A stretch of DNA of 63,523 nt, the filler included, from Diploschistes diacapsis (Eukaryota): NCBI GenBank assembly GCA_023645945.1. It is 5 parts of 5 records of this genome, joined end to end, with 100 filler letters (N's around TTAATTAATTAA, not from the genome) between each part and the next. Parts side by side here need not be neighbours in the genome. Positions count along the whole stretch, not along the records: positions 47,393 to 55,416 come from JALAIB010001210.1; positions 55,517 to 63,523 come from JALAIB010001211.1; 3 more parts are not named here. One strand, written 5' to 3'. The position numbers and the translations under genes are program-made. The notes under the pieces were generated by a model. That model made no database searches, was not told the DNA's origin, and saw only the letters and a list, made by a program, of their open reading frames with translations. Positions 51,550 to 63,523 of the stretch are shown here, piece by piece. How positions within the stretch are numbered: position 1 is the first letter of the stretch; every line of letters begins with the position of its first letter.

Positions 51550-52063
51550 ACTTGGAAATTCATTCTTTGCAACATACGTCCATCAGCTGCACCCGTTATA
51601 GGCTTGTTAGCAGCTATCAACGCTGGTATGCCTTTGAAAGTTCCTGGCATGAAAATCGACTTAGCGATAATAGCTCCTTATCCCCGGAATCTGGGTGGTC
51701 ACGAGAATAATCTCCGACCTCCGCCATTTATCAGGTTCCTTCGCTGCGACTTCGGTGACAGCGAGCGGCACTGCATCTGCGTGCATTGCTCCGGCCACGT
51801 CAAACGGCAACGATCAGAACGACAATGGTCAGGGTAACGGCAACGACAACGGCAACGTGGGCAATGGGTTCGGTAATGGAAACGGCGACGGCGGACAAGG
51901 CAACGGACAGGGTGACTGAAATGGCGATGGTGGCGTCGGTAACGGCCAGGGCAATGGAAACGGTGATGGCGGCCAAGGCAATGGACAAGGCAATGGACAA
52001 GGGAACGGACAAGACAACATTGGCCAAGGGAATGGACAGGGCAGCGGCCAGGGCAATGACTAA
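51550..52063 (+). pseudogene. Gly/Asn/Gln-rich repeat protein gene (possibly secreted), interrupted
   Basis: GNGQG-type repeats run from ~51800 to 52060 in one frame, broken by TGA at 51917-19 and ending at TAA 52061-63. A hydrophobic leader-like segment and GTATGC donor sit near 51626. The 5' end is uncertain. Confidence 0.5.
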
Positions 52064-55000
52064 CGCGTCTGAGCTTTGGCCCGCTACAGAATGAATCATG
52101 TCTAACAGGTTAACAGGGAAAAAGCTATCGTCCTTGAGTAACCGTCACAATGACATTTGTGGGGCACGTCGAGCGTTTGCAGATCGTCTGGTTGGGTGCT
52201 TAAGTGGAGCATAACTGGTGTTTCTGGTTTGCAAGCAGCTTGTACTTGAACTTCTTTCGTCTCATGGATGCCAAACATAACATCTTAAAAAGGCCAAAAG
52301 TATTCTCAAGTATACAGCACGCAAAATGTTGTCCTCCTTCACTTTACGTGGCATGTTTGCGGTCATAGCCATCAATAACGAGACTTGTCTGTTCGGGACT
52401 GATGACAACGTTCCTCTCGTAAACTTCATGAACCCCATAAATTATTCAGGTCAGTTTTAGTCACAGAGCTTCCATAATTTACTCACCTGTAAATTCGTCT
52501 CTTCTAGAGCATTTGCACCCACGGTACCATTAGAGGATACGGTGGGATTTGCTGCGACTGTGCCAGCCCTACCGCTAAACCTCATTTTCAAAACAGGGAA
52601 GACCCAACTTATACCCCTATCTGTTTCGATGTGCCGTTCAATTGAGGTTAAAACAACCCGATCCAAATAAACGAGGAAGCCAACTATAACAGCAGCGATA
52701 TATACAAAGTCCTCTCAAGAAAAACTGTAGCGTCCTGCTCTTTTCTTGGAGGGCATTGGGCGTGATGAGGTTTGGGACGCCATGATCTGTATGGGGGAGA
52801 GTTTGTAGTGCTTCGAGGCAGCTATGGCTGGGCTTTGATACCAAGTCTGGTCAATCTGCTGACTTTAATAAGCGAACAATGCATCGGACACGGGACACGC
52901 AGAGGTAGCCTTATAGCATCAATGATTGTCAAGACCAAGATACCGCATTGAAGAAGGGATGAAGGCCTGCAGGGATACTGAAAGATAGGAAGCATATGAA
53001 CTAATTTGGAACGCTACGGCTGCGATCAGGCTTTTGGATTGGATACTCCGTGGTGACCTCGGAGGGTAAGGCGGGGGGGGGGCTTGCGGAGAGAGACCTA
53101 CAAGTGGCCTCATTGAAAGCGAAAATTATTATAATGATCGTGGCTAATGAGGCATGACTGGAGTTGAGTTCACAAGGGCTACGGCGCCAGAATGATTATA
53201 TTAGTGCGACTCTATAGAGTATTCAGCTTTGAGCGATTGTAGGCGGAAGAAAACCGGACTGAGCATTTTTTTCTGACAACGGGTTGACAATCCATCGTTT
53301 TCACGGCGAGAAAACCCCACAAAGGCCTGGTTGATCTCTTTGAGGTCGTTCGCCCACGGCGCCATCCAGCTCTTCGAACTCTTCACGTTCGCTGGATATA
53401 TATTTCATGCCTCCTAAGCATCTGGAAAGAATAACCAAAGTCCTAAGGTACAACACCCACAAGCCCTCCGGTTGTTATACGGTGGGAACCACGAAGTTCC
53501 TGATTTATCTCGAGTGCCTCAAACTTGAAGGAAGAAGCGAAAAGATGAAGAAATCAGCAGTAGCACTCGGTCCAACTCTTCACCCTGTGAACACCTCTGC
53601 CCTACCTTTTGCCCTCCGCACCACTCCCTGTGTCTCTTCTTCTTTTCCTTGGTTATCTCAAACGCCACCAAACCTCTCAAACCCAGATCATTATACATAC
53701 GCATCTTCGCCTAGAAAAACCTCCTCTTCCACAACAGCCAGCTGAAACGATACCTCGCTAGCCCGCGCATGTATCCCGAAGGTAGCTATTTGACGAGCTC
53801 TACCTGGGGATTTTGCACAGATCCAACAAGGTAACGTCTTTCAATGATGGATTGGTGATCATTAAGAAAGTGCTTGTACGTTGCGCCCTAAGTAATAGCA
53901 ACAATGAGATTGTGGCGTTCCAGCTTCAAAGGTGGGCTTCGATGCATTCCTGCGTTTGAGGATAATGGTACGTCATTAGTAAGTAGGGGAAACACAACAA
54001 TCACCGTCCTGCAGAAGCTGGGATGTGTATTCCACGTCCGGAAGTTATCTTATGACTCCTGGATGGAAGGGTTCGATGATATCGGTGACTGGGTGTGATG
54101 GAACTCTTCAATGCACGGTTGTTGTCAAGCCTCAAGCGAAGCGATAGTTTGTGGCTCTTCAATGTTGACTCCTGCAGAACTCTATCTGCTAGAATTATGG
54201 AAAAATATGGTAGCGACCCCTAAAGCCACATTCGGATGGCATCTCCATGTCGAATCGCACTGAGTTGACAGCTCAATTATTGATAGCATGACTGCAGCCC
54301 ATCTATAAGATAAAATCTGAGGTTTTTTCTCTTCGTGTCGGCTCCTAAGGCGTTCTGAAAACCTAAGGGAATGGAAAGCAAGGTGGCGACCTCTAAACTA
54401 GTGTTTATACTGCTGCTCGACAGTGACTCCAGCGATTATTTGACCACCGAGGTTTGTGGAATAACTCTTGGCGACTCCAAGAGCAATGTTCGCATTGCGT
54501 GCTAAGTAAAGCCCTGCGACGCTCTGAATGCCTGCAATCTTGGAACCGAACAGCGATGGCTAACTAGAGCAGTGACCATACTGTCGCTTGATGTCGGTTC
54601 CTGCAAGGGCTTGGTTTCCGGAGCTGGAGAAGAATGGCGGCCACTTCCGAGTAAGATATGTGTTGTTTCTCGACGTCGACTGCTGCGGGGTCTTGATTGT
54701 CCGTAATCGGCTTAAGATGGTGGCAAGTTTTGATTTTGATATTGCCCTCCAATGCCGAGTCATGCAATGCTGTGACTGCTAGAAGCTGTGGAAACAATTA
54801 ATGGCGGCGTCCTGCAATGATTTGGCCAATAAAAGGGACGAAAGACAATGACGGATTTGGAAGAATATATGGGTTGAGTTGTGAGAGGAGGTTATGCCAT
54901 GATTTGACTTCTGAGGTGGTTGAATAAGACTTGGGCAACCTCTAGAGTAGTATTTGTACCGTTTTTCTATAAAAATCTCTGCAACAATTTAATGACTGAA

Positions 55001-55416
55001 GGATTTGGAAAAGACGTAGAGACTATCTGTAGAGTACATGCTGATTTAGTCATCCGAGAGCTTTGCTCTTCGAGAATGCTGTACTTCAAAGAAGCAGTCA
55101 GGCTATCGGTAGCTTTGTTGAGCAGGGCGATTCGGGAGCACCACCTGCTCCCCACCTCGGTCACATATAGTGTATCTACTAAACTGTTTAACTCATATCT
55201 AGTTCTTATAATAATTAGTATATATTATATATACGAGTTATATTACGTCACAAGCGTGTTATTTCCAATATATTTATGTAACGTATTTCACGGCGATTCC
55301 CAGATTCCCAGATTCCGGCCACATCAAATCACTATTTTTATCTTATATTCGATCTTTTTCAAACATGATTACCTCGTATAATAATAATTTGATTTTAATA
55401 GAATTTAATATTAAAG

Positions 55417-55516
55417 NNNNNNNNNNNNNNNNNNNNNNNNNNNNNNNNNNNNNNNNNNNNTTAATTAATTAANNNNNNNNNNNNNNNNNNNNNNNNNNNN
55501 NNNNNNNNNNNNNNNN
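55417..55516. other. Artificial contig spacer
   Basis: N44-TTAATTAATTAA-N44. Confidence 0.97.
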
Positions 55517-55518
55517 CA

Positions 55519-56239
<721 letters not shown>

Positions 56240-56497
56240 TGTCGGCGTACGGAACCGTCAGCAAGTTTCTAGCACGGGACACTAAAACATTGACCATATA
56301 TCCAAATGTTTCATTCTATTTTTTTTCGTTGCTTTGCTTCTACCCTTTGTGCTATACACATCCCTTGTAGGTTCCTCTGCCCACCGCTTCTGCGCTTGGT
56401 TTTCTGATTTGTGTACTTCCACACTCGACTGAAGTGCTTGGATAATCCCAACTATCGAACCAGAAGAAGGCTGAAGGCTCCTTGCAAATTACTACTT

Positions 56498-57549
56498 TCA
56501 CATGTTCCGGCCTCCAGTCACCATAATTGTTTGTCCGTTTACGTAGGAGAACAGCGGGCTCGCTACCGCCAAGATAGCGCTCGCAGCCTCTGAAGCAGTC
56601 CCGGCTCTCCTCAACGGAATATCCGCATGCGCATTGGAGCCAGCAGTTTCCTTCTGCGCTTTCGGTATCCCAAGCGCAACCTTCGTCCCGTCTGCGGTTG
56701 TGACGAATGCGCCCTCCTCTTTCGCAGCGGTGAGACGAGTCAGGATGTGACCGAAAGCAATACTGGAGGTGAACAATCGGCCTTAGCGTTGGAAATATTC
56801 GGAAGCACTCCAGACTCACGTGTTACACCTAACACCAAATTGAGGACCCCATTCCTTAGCAATCGCCTTGCTCAGGCCCGTCACTCCCGCCTTAGCCGTG
56901 GCATAATTGGCCTGGCCCGCATTGCCATTGACGCCGCTCGTGCTCGAAATGTTGATGATGTTCCTCGGCTCACCGTCCTTGACTCTAAAGTATGGCGCCG
57001 CTGCCCGCACCAGCCGGAAGGGCGCTGTGCCGTGCAGGTTCAGGATTGTATCCCATTGCTTGTCCGTCATCTTGTGTATTACGCCGTCCCAAGTGAAGCC
57101 AGCATTATTGACTATAATGTGGATCTTCCCATTGCCGAACTCGGCCGCTTTCTTGACGAGGGTCTCGATGCACGAGACGTCCATCATGTCGCCTGGAACG
57201 GCGAGTGCCTTGCCGCCGCCTGAGGTTATGGATTTCGCGACTTCATTAGCTTTGCCTGTAGGTGAAGCAATAGGTCAGCGGGATGCCAAACTATTCGCAC
57301 TCTCCGTTATCTTGCGTTGCTGTTGTCCGCAGACGAGGAAGCAACTCAGCAATTGAAAGCATAGTGGGCCTGTGGCTAACCTGCATCAATGTCCGAGACG
57401 ATCACGCTCGCACCCTCGTTCGCGAACAGGCGAGCTGCTTCAGCTCCAATGCCCTGGCCACTACCGGTAATTATTGCTACCTGCCCGGCGAGCAGACCTC
57501 GAGGGTAGTTGAGATGTCCTGCGACCTGTTCGAGACGCTTTGAAGCCAT
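56498..57549 (-). CDS. Short-chain dehydrogenase/reductase (FabG/3-oxoacyl-ACP reductase-like), 3 exons
   Basis: VAIITGSGQGIG, VNNAG, NISS, YATAK (YxxxK), C-terminal YVNGQTIMVTGGRNM. Introns ~57380-57256 and ~56818-56763. Confidence 0.92.
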
Positions 57550-57904
57550 TGGCTATGTATTAATGCGAGAATAGACGGGAAGTTGCGAGTAGGAAAGAAA
57601 GAGTATTGCAATGGATCCAACCTACTTCAGCGAATCCTTCGGCCATGATCATTACCCCGGACGGCATCAAGTATGCGGAGTACCGAGGCTCAGATAGCTG
57701 CAGCCGGTTGCGTGCCAAGCATCATGGTCTTGGCGAAGAGCATGCTCGAAATGGAAATGTCTACAATCGACGTGGTCCTTTCTTCCCCAGAGTTCTATAC
57801 TTTCGTATGTTTAGGGCACCGCAGCTTCAGCTCGTACTTTCTCTCAAAACATATAAGTATATCTTACCCTAGGTATATAAATTCATCTTTCCTTCTAGGC
57901 GTAT

Positions 57905-58803
57905 TTACTGGGGCTCAACGGTAGGAAAATCCTTCTCATCAGCGACCCAGTACATTCCTGGAAAGTCAACATACTCTTCCTCTCCGTCAACCTGTGCTCT
58001 TGTCCAACCGCCATCCTTGAATCCCATCTTAAGGTATAATCTCCTCCCAACAGGGCTTGCGAATAGCGAGATGGCCACCTTTTCCTGTACTGCTCTATCA
58101 ATGCCCCACTGCAACAGGAGGGACCCAGCACCACAGCCCTGATAATTCGGGTCAACGCAGATCATCGCAAGATACATCTGACGTTCGCCAAAGCGCTTAT
58201 CAAACCAAGCAGTCTTTGAATCGTGAATTGCGTTGAAATAGGCTTCGTGCCTCTTGGGGTCTATATCACGGCGCTTTGTCTGTGGTGGTGGGTATTCCAT
58301 TTCTACACGGTAAATAGCAAACTGTTAGATGGATATGCTCAGATCATACGAAGACATCAAGTATGAAACAACGGTAGAGCATGGGCTTTGGGTCTTGAGA
58401 TGTAATCTTCCAAGTTTCGTTTTCTCAAAAAGTTGTTGAGCATCAGAGCATAGACAAAAGTGGCTTGAAGCATGCAGGATGTACAAAGCTTACCATTCGG
58501 GCCTTTGAGGTGTGTTCCAGGCATCTGGTACATTGCTAATCCAACAATCTTCTTACTGCCATCCTCATCCACCTCCGCTACAAAGTACGTAGCACGCCCA
58601 AGCGCAACTTGACTCTGGTATCCTCGAATCCGTTCCTCCGAATACTTAAAGTGATCTTCCGGGTACTCCTTCCAATGGGGCAGTCTGTAGTACCATTGAG
58701 GGTCTGCAGGAAAGGCTCTTATCACAACGTTCGTTATTGCAACGGAGTCCTGCTCTGTTGCGGGACGAAGCGTGACCTTAGGCTTGGTTTTCGAGGCGGA
58801 CAT
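57905..58803 (-). CDS. GNAT-family N-acetyltransferase, 2 exons
   Basis: LRPATEQD..AFPADPQWYYR in exon 1; YLAMICVDPNYQGCGAGSLLLQWG (motif A) and ASPVGRRLYLKMGF in exon 2. Intron ~58493-58303. Confidence 0.88.
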
Positions 58804-59514
58804 TAAGTAAGTGTATGAATAGATAAGAATAATTCAACCAGAAGGGGTGAGCGACAGTAATGGAGTGAAGTAAGTATATACGAATGAGACAATTAGAAGA
58901 TATAGATACTGTAACGATTCGAAGAAAGAAGGCAAGAAAGATCAATTAATGCACGAATGACTCAATGGGATCTTTGCCGCACGACCTATATCTTTTTTAG
59001 CTTAAAAGAGGGATTTGTGATCAAATCTACCGCGAGTCTTGTAAATATCTAAGATACCTATATGAATCTTTTGTCCTCATCTTTGATAGGCGAAGAGTGA
59101 AAAGTCTTTTTGATGTTGTTGATTTTGATTAAAGCATCTAGTTTTTACGGCTTTGAAACAATGCCATCAGTCTAACCCGCACCAAATCTCGTCCGCTTAT
59201 CCGATGTCCCCCGAGCAAACCACACTGAGAAAATATCGTAAACGTAAGAATGTTTAAGTGAACTTAAATTGATATAAGATTTGGAAATTTTTGGCCAGAA
59301 GGTCTGGAATCAATGACTAAATAATATGCCAATTCAAGGAATATTTGCCACCAAAAATAACTAGAAAGTTGCAATATCAAATATTCTCTGCTATGGAGAA
59401 CTAACTCTCACCCCGTGATTCGTTTGCGGCATCGGCGCAGAAATAGTTGACTACAACTCTCTCTCAACTCAGCAAGACGAAGTTTGCTACCACTGTGCGC
59501 CGACCAAACGTGCC

Positions 59515-61145
59515 ATGGCTCTATCCGTCAACCCCATTATTTCAGAGAATATACAGCTTCAAAGTCAGAGGGACCTTACCGCGTTACCCGCAGTTGTCAG
59601 CACCTCTCTCAGCTCGCGAAGGCGATTCCAGCCAGATTCAGTAGATGCCAGCCCACTACCAGGGCCCGATGAAGTACCTGAAGGTGGCGAGGGCTGGATA
59701 GTAGTTGCTGGATGTTCTATACTTGTTTGGTGGGCAGTTGGCACCTTCTACTGTTGGGTGAGCGAGCCTTGCCAGTAACGTCCTCCATGATCTCTCAAAA
59801 AGTGTTGCAATGTCCACAACTACTACGGAGGTGCGCCTGAATGTGTTATCAAAGACTAAATAGGCTTAAGGGTATTATTCAAGCTGCTTTACTGGAGAAT
59901 GGCCTTGGTTCTACCTCATCTTTAGCCTTCGTCGGGTCTGTATCTACTGCATGCTGTGCGTTCTTTGCTATAGTGAATACGCGGATCCTTGGCTATTTTG
60001 GCGCCAGAACCACCTCAATGCTGGGCATCTTTCTTTTGGGATTTGGAGAAATTCTCAGTAGCTTCTCGACTCAAAACTTGGGTGGCCTCTTTGTCACTGC
60101 AGGAGGTGTTTCTGGTTTCGGCACGAGGTAAGTAGCGAATATGTTTATATGTTTGAGGCCTAATCATCAGTCTATGCTTTCTTGTCGCCAATGTCATACC
60201 ATCTCAGTATTTTAAGAGAAAGCGAGGCATCGCGATCGGCATCGTGTATGCTGGTGGAGGCGTCGGTGGCGCCATCATCAGCTTCATGTTGACAGGGTTG
60301 TTAGAAAGATTGGGAATAGTATGGACGTACCGAGTCCTTGGTCTTCTGACTATTGCCACTGGACTACCAGCGGCATGGTTTGTCAAGGAAAGACGTGCAG
60401 CAGGCTACATATCGAATGTGCTTGTTGAATGGTAAGTCTACTGGGAAGCTTTCCTTATTTACTCCTGTGTTTACCTTGCCAGCAATTCACAGGCCGTTGG
60501 AGAACTCCAGATGCGCCTGATCCAGCTGATGTGTTTAGGCATCTCTTTCGAGACATACGCTATACCCTTCTCTTTCTTGCTGGCGCGACTACAGTCTTCA
60601 CGCTCTTCGTCCCGCCGTTCTTCTTACCTCTGTATACAAGTCGCCTGGGCTTCTCTTCAGTCGCCTCAGCTGGTTTTCTTGCTGCCTTCAACCTTGCTTC
60701 CGCTGTAGGCCGATTGCTCTGTGGCTTCGCCTGTGACATGGCTGGCCCTATTAACACGCTACTTGTTTCGCTGCTAATCAATGCCTTGAGCATCCTTGTG
60801 CTATGGCTAGAATCTACGTCTCTAGGGCCTCTCACTGCCTTTGCGATAATCAATGGAATGGCTAACGGCGGTTTCTTCAGTAGTATGCCTACGGTCATTG
60901 GCAGTACTTTCAACTCGAATATCGTTGCTGTTGCGCTAGCTATGACAATTACGGGATACGCTGGTGGATATCTGTTAGGTGCACCCTTGGCGGGCTATAT
61001 ATTAACAGCGACGGGCGGTCCGTCAGCCCCTATCGAGGCCTATAGACCTGCCATCTATTACGCTGGCTCCATTGCCATGACTGCTGCAATTCTGGTTGCA
61101 GTGGTAAGAGTGATGACTAGCAGATCCTTGCTGAAAAGATGTTGA
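59515..61145 (+). CDS. MFS monocarboxylate-type transporter (MCH family), 4 exons
   Basis: VPEGGEGWIVV..YCW|GIIQ, QYFKRKRGIAIGIVYAGGGVGG, FVPPFFLPLY, SAVGRLLCG, GAPLAG; multiple hydrophobic segments and canonical introns. Start codon somewhat uncertain. Confidence 0.9.
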
Positions 61146-61609
61146 TATCGAGCTCTGATCCCGACATGGAAGCAGGTCGAATATAAAGTTCAAAGATAAC
61201 AACTGGATTGGCGCTCACTTCCACTAACGAAAGACCGTTGTGGCTCGAAAACAATCAACTCTAGGATGCTGTGATATTACAAAGTTTAGTACCGCTAGGC
61301 CACATAGCCAAAAGAACAACAATAACAATACTGGATAATGCCAGTATTGAACTAAACTGATATATATATATATGCGAGATCACAATGCGAATGCGTTGCT
61401 TTAAACCATGGCTCTGTCACGTTCTTAAAGACCATCATCTTCCGCTTTGAAAGCCACGTATACTAACTAGTATGCTATGCCACCATTTATGATGCTGTTG
61501 CCTCCAGTGCCACCCTTTTCCTAACTTCCCAGCCTTGTTCCATGCACTCAACTTCCAAGGTTGTTGCCCATTCTACAGCTACGAAGGTACTCGAACACGG
61601 ACGCCTACC

Positions 61610-62402
61610 ATGTCTTTTAAGCTTACCTCCCACTTTGTTTTCGACCTGTTAAATAAAGCGGCAGCCGGAAATCCTGGGCCGCTTACTGAGGCACTTGACC
61701 CTGAAGTGCGTTGAAGGATCGGATCAGAGACCCAAGACGATGTGGCTAAGACAGGCATCTTTGTAAGTCCGAACAAGGTGATCAAATGAGAAAAGAGCTA
61801 AAGCTGCGCATTTGGATTTGTGAGCAATATACACTTGCGATCGCTTGCCCTTTATTGCTACCCTTTCAGTTTGTTTTGATTTCTGGTTCTTGCTTGAAAA
61901 TATACGAACAGTTGCCTATTTCTTTTGAAGATGACGGAAGCCTTCTGTTCTGATTACTCTGCCTACAATAGTTCTGGAACCAAAGGACTAACTGCATTGA
62001 CAGAATCGAGCCGGCTGGCTCGAGCAGGTTTTTGGTCCTCTCCAAATAAAGCTCAAGGATGGCTTGAAGCTGATCCCTCTACAAGTGGACGTAATTATAT
62101 TGGAGCCCTACCCCTAGCATTCGTGGCCTCGCGTGTCTTGCTACCTCGCATTTTCTATAACCCACGTGTGTTCGCATTGTCCTACGAATCCTTCCTATAC
62201 CAAACGAGTGGCTGATCTTATCCATCAGGTTGTCGGTCTCAAAGCTTGCGTCGAGTTCCGCGGCAAAGCTGTACAGCTCAACGGCAAGCCGCATGACAAC
62301 AACTACCTCTGGGTTATGATTTTTGACGAGCATGGTCATGCCCAAGAGATCCACGAGTATTTGGATACGGCCCTTGCCAAGGAAGTCTTCACCACCAACT
62401 AA
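61610..62402 (+). pseudogene. SnoaL/NTF2-like protein with a single premature TGA, 3 exons
   Basis: MSFKLTSHFVFDLLNKAAAGNPGPLTEALDPEVR*RIGSE..GIF | NRAGWLEQVFGPL..QVD | VVGLKACVEFRGKAVQLNGKPHDNNYLWVMIFDEHGHAQEIHEYLDTAL. TGA at 61712-14. Confidence 0.75.
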
Positions 62403-62947
62403 TGGCGATCCAACTTTTAGACTCTGTGGGGCCGGATCGCTAGAGTCGCACATAAGGAACTACTTCCTAAATCTTAGGTATCGACACTTACTCTCTTCTG
62501 TTGAACACGCGCTCTGGCTCCGGGAACCGCGTAATAAGCTTAGCAGCAGAGACATCAGATTCGATCTCTCGTTCGATTGTGTAATAAAGAGGTGCTGGAT
62601 TAAGCAAATCTTCTATATAGAAAGAATATTTTGCCGCAGACGAAGACTCAGATGATTACTTAGAAGGCGGACGGAGACTCACGGAACCCTCCAGAATTGG
62701 TTCTATAATGAAGCATTCCTGTGGAGGAGAAAGTTTCAGGAAGTCCGGGAATACTTGTACGCCGCTCGCTGAATCGAACCTCGGCTCGTTCATTCATCAC
62801 TCGAAAAGCTTCAGAATCGCTCATGACATCCTATATATAAGTTTTTGACCTTGTATTATATATATATCTGAACCCTCGACATTAATTGCCTCTTGAAACT
62901 TGCAGTACCACCCGAACACTCTTCATATCTTCTGATTTCTCGCAACA

Positions 62948-63523
62948 ATGGCCGGTCCAGGCGCAGGATTCGAGTACCCTGCCATGGAAGTCTCCTGGCT
63001 GAAGCGAGATGTGCTGCTCTTCGCCAACAGCATCGGGTGCACCGCCAACGAACTGCACTTTCTCTACGTGCGTCAACGGTACGCAAAAATAACCGTAAAT
63101 ATCAAAGAAATTGACGATCAGGACAGGAGCTCGACCCCAACTTCCAAGTCTTCCCGACGTACCCCATAATCATGCGTAAAGCCTCTTTCCCACCATTTCT
63201 ACTCCCCTTCTTTCCACCTGACCACACTAACCAACCCCCTCCTTCCCCACCCCGTAGCATTCAAAGCCACCAACCAAGAAGTAACCGACTTTTATGCCCG
63301 CTCCGTCGCCGTACCCATCCCGGGCATCCCGAAGCTCGACTACAAGCGCGTCGTCGACGGGCAGCGCTCCATCGACTTCCTCAAGCCCGTCCCCGCGACG
63401 TCCGCGGGGCGCAGCTTCGAGATCCGCTCCAAGGTGCTGGGCGTGTACGACAAGGGGAAAGTGGGCACGGTGGTGGAGACGCAGAATGAGCTGGTGGAGA
63501 AGGGTAGTGGGGAGGTGTATGCA
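62948..63523 (+). CDS. MaoC-like peroxisomal dehydratase/enoyl-CoA hydratase 2 (3'-truncated by window)
   Basis: MAGPGAGFEYPAMEVSWLKRDVLLFANSIG..ELHFLY | ELDPNFQVFPTYP | FKATNQEVTDFY..RVVDGQR..GVYDKGKVGTVVET. Confidence 0.9.

Noticed and set aside
52400..55200. Short minus-strand ORFs as a gene
   Set aside because: No recognisable motifs and frequent stops; at most an unassignable relic.

Overview
Intron-rich filamentous ascomycete (Pezizomycotina) DNA. The window is not one locus: it is five contigs (1-8026, 8127-16152, 16253-47292, 47393-55416, 55517-end) joined by artificial 100-bp N44-TTAATTAATTAA-N44 spacers, so adjacency across spacers is meaningless. Recognisable genes, with exons reconstructed by eye: a SET-domain methyltransferase, a Zn2Cys6 TF, a hemerythrin-like protein, an ATF/CREB bZIP TF, mitochondrial EF-Tu, XPF/RAD1 head-to-head with GEP4, SDO1, RPS18, DPM1, a FabG-like SDR, a GNAT, an MCH-type MFS transporter and a MaoC-like dehydratase. 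There are also several pseudogenes: a divergent diterpene cyclase + P450 pair, a Zn2Cys6 TF, a SnoaL-like gene and two low-complexity genes. The most striking observation is in the 9-exon RPS18 gene. It yields a full 155-aa uS13 only if two introns use non-AG 3' splice sites (CTG and CGG), and these flank micro-exons and a long intron carrying a strong hairpin. Other highlights are a dead diterpene cluster, a probable tRNA-derived SINE family and strong C-to-G skew inversion inside some genes. All protein identities come from motif recognition, not database searches.
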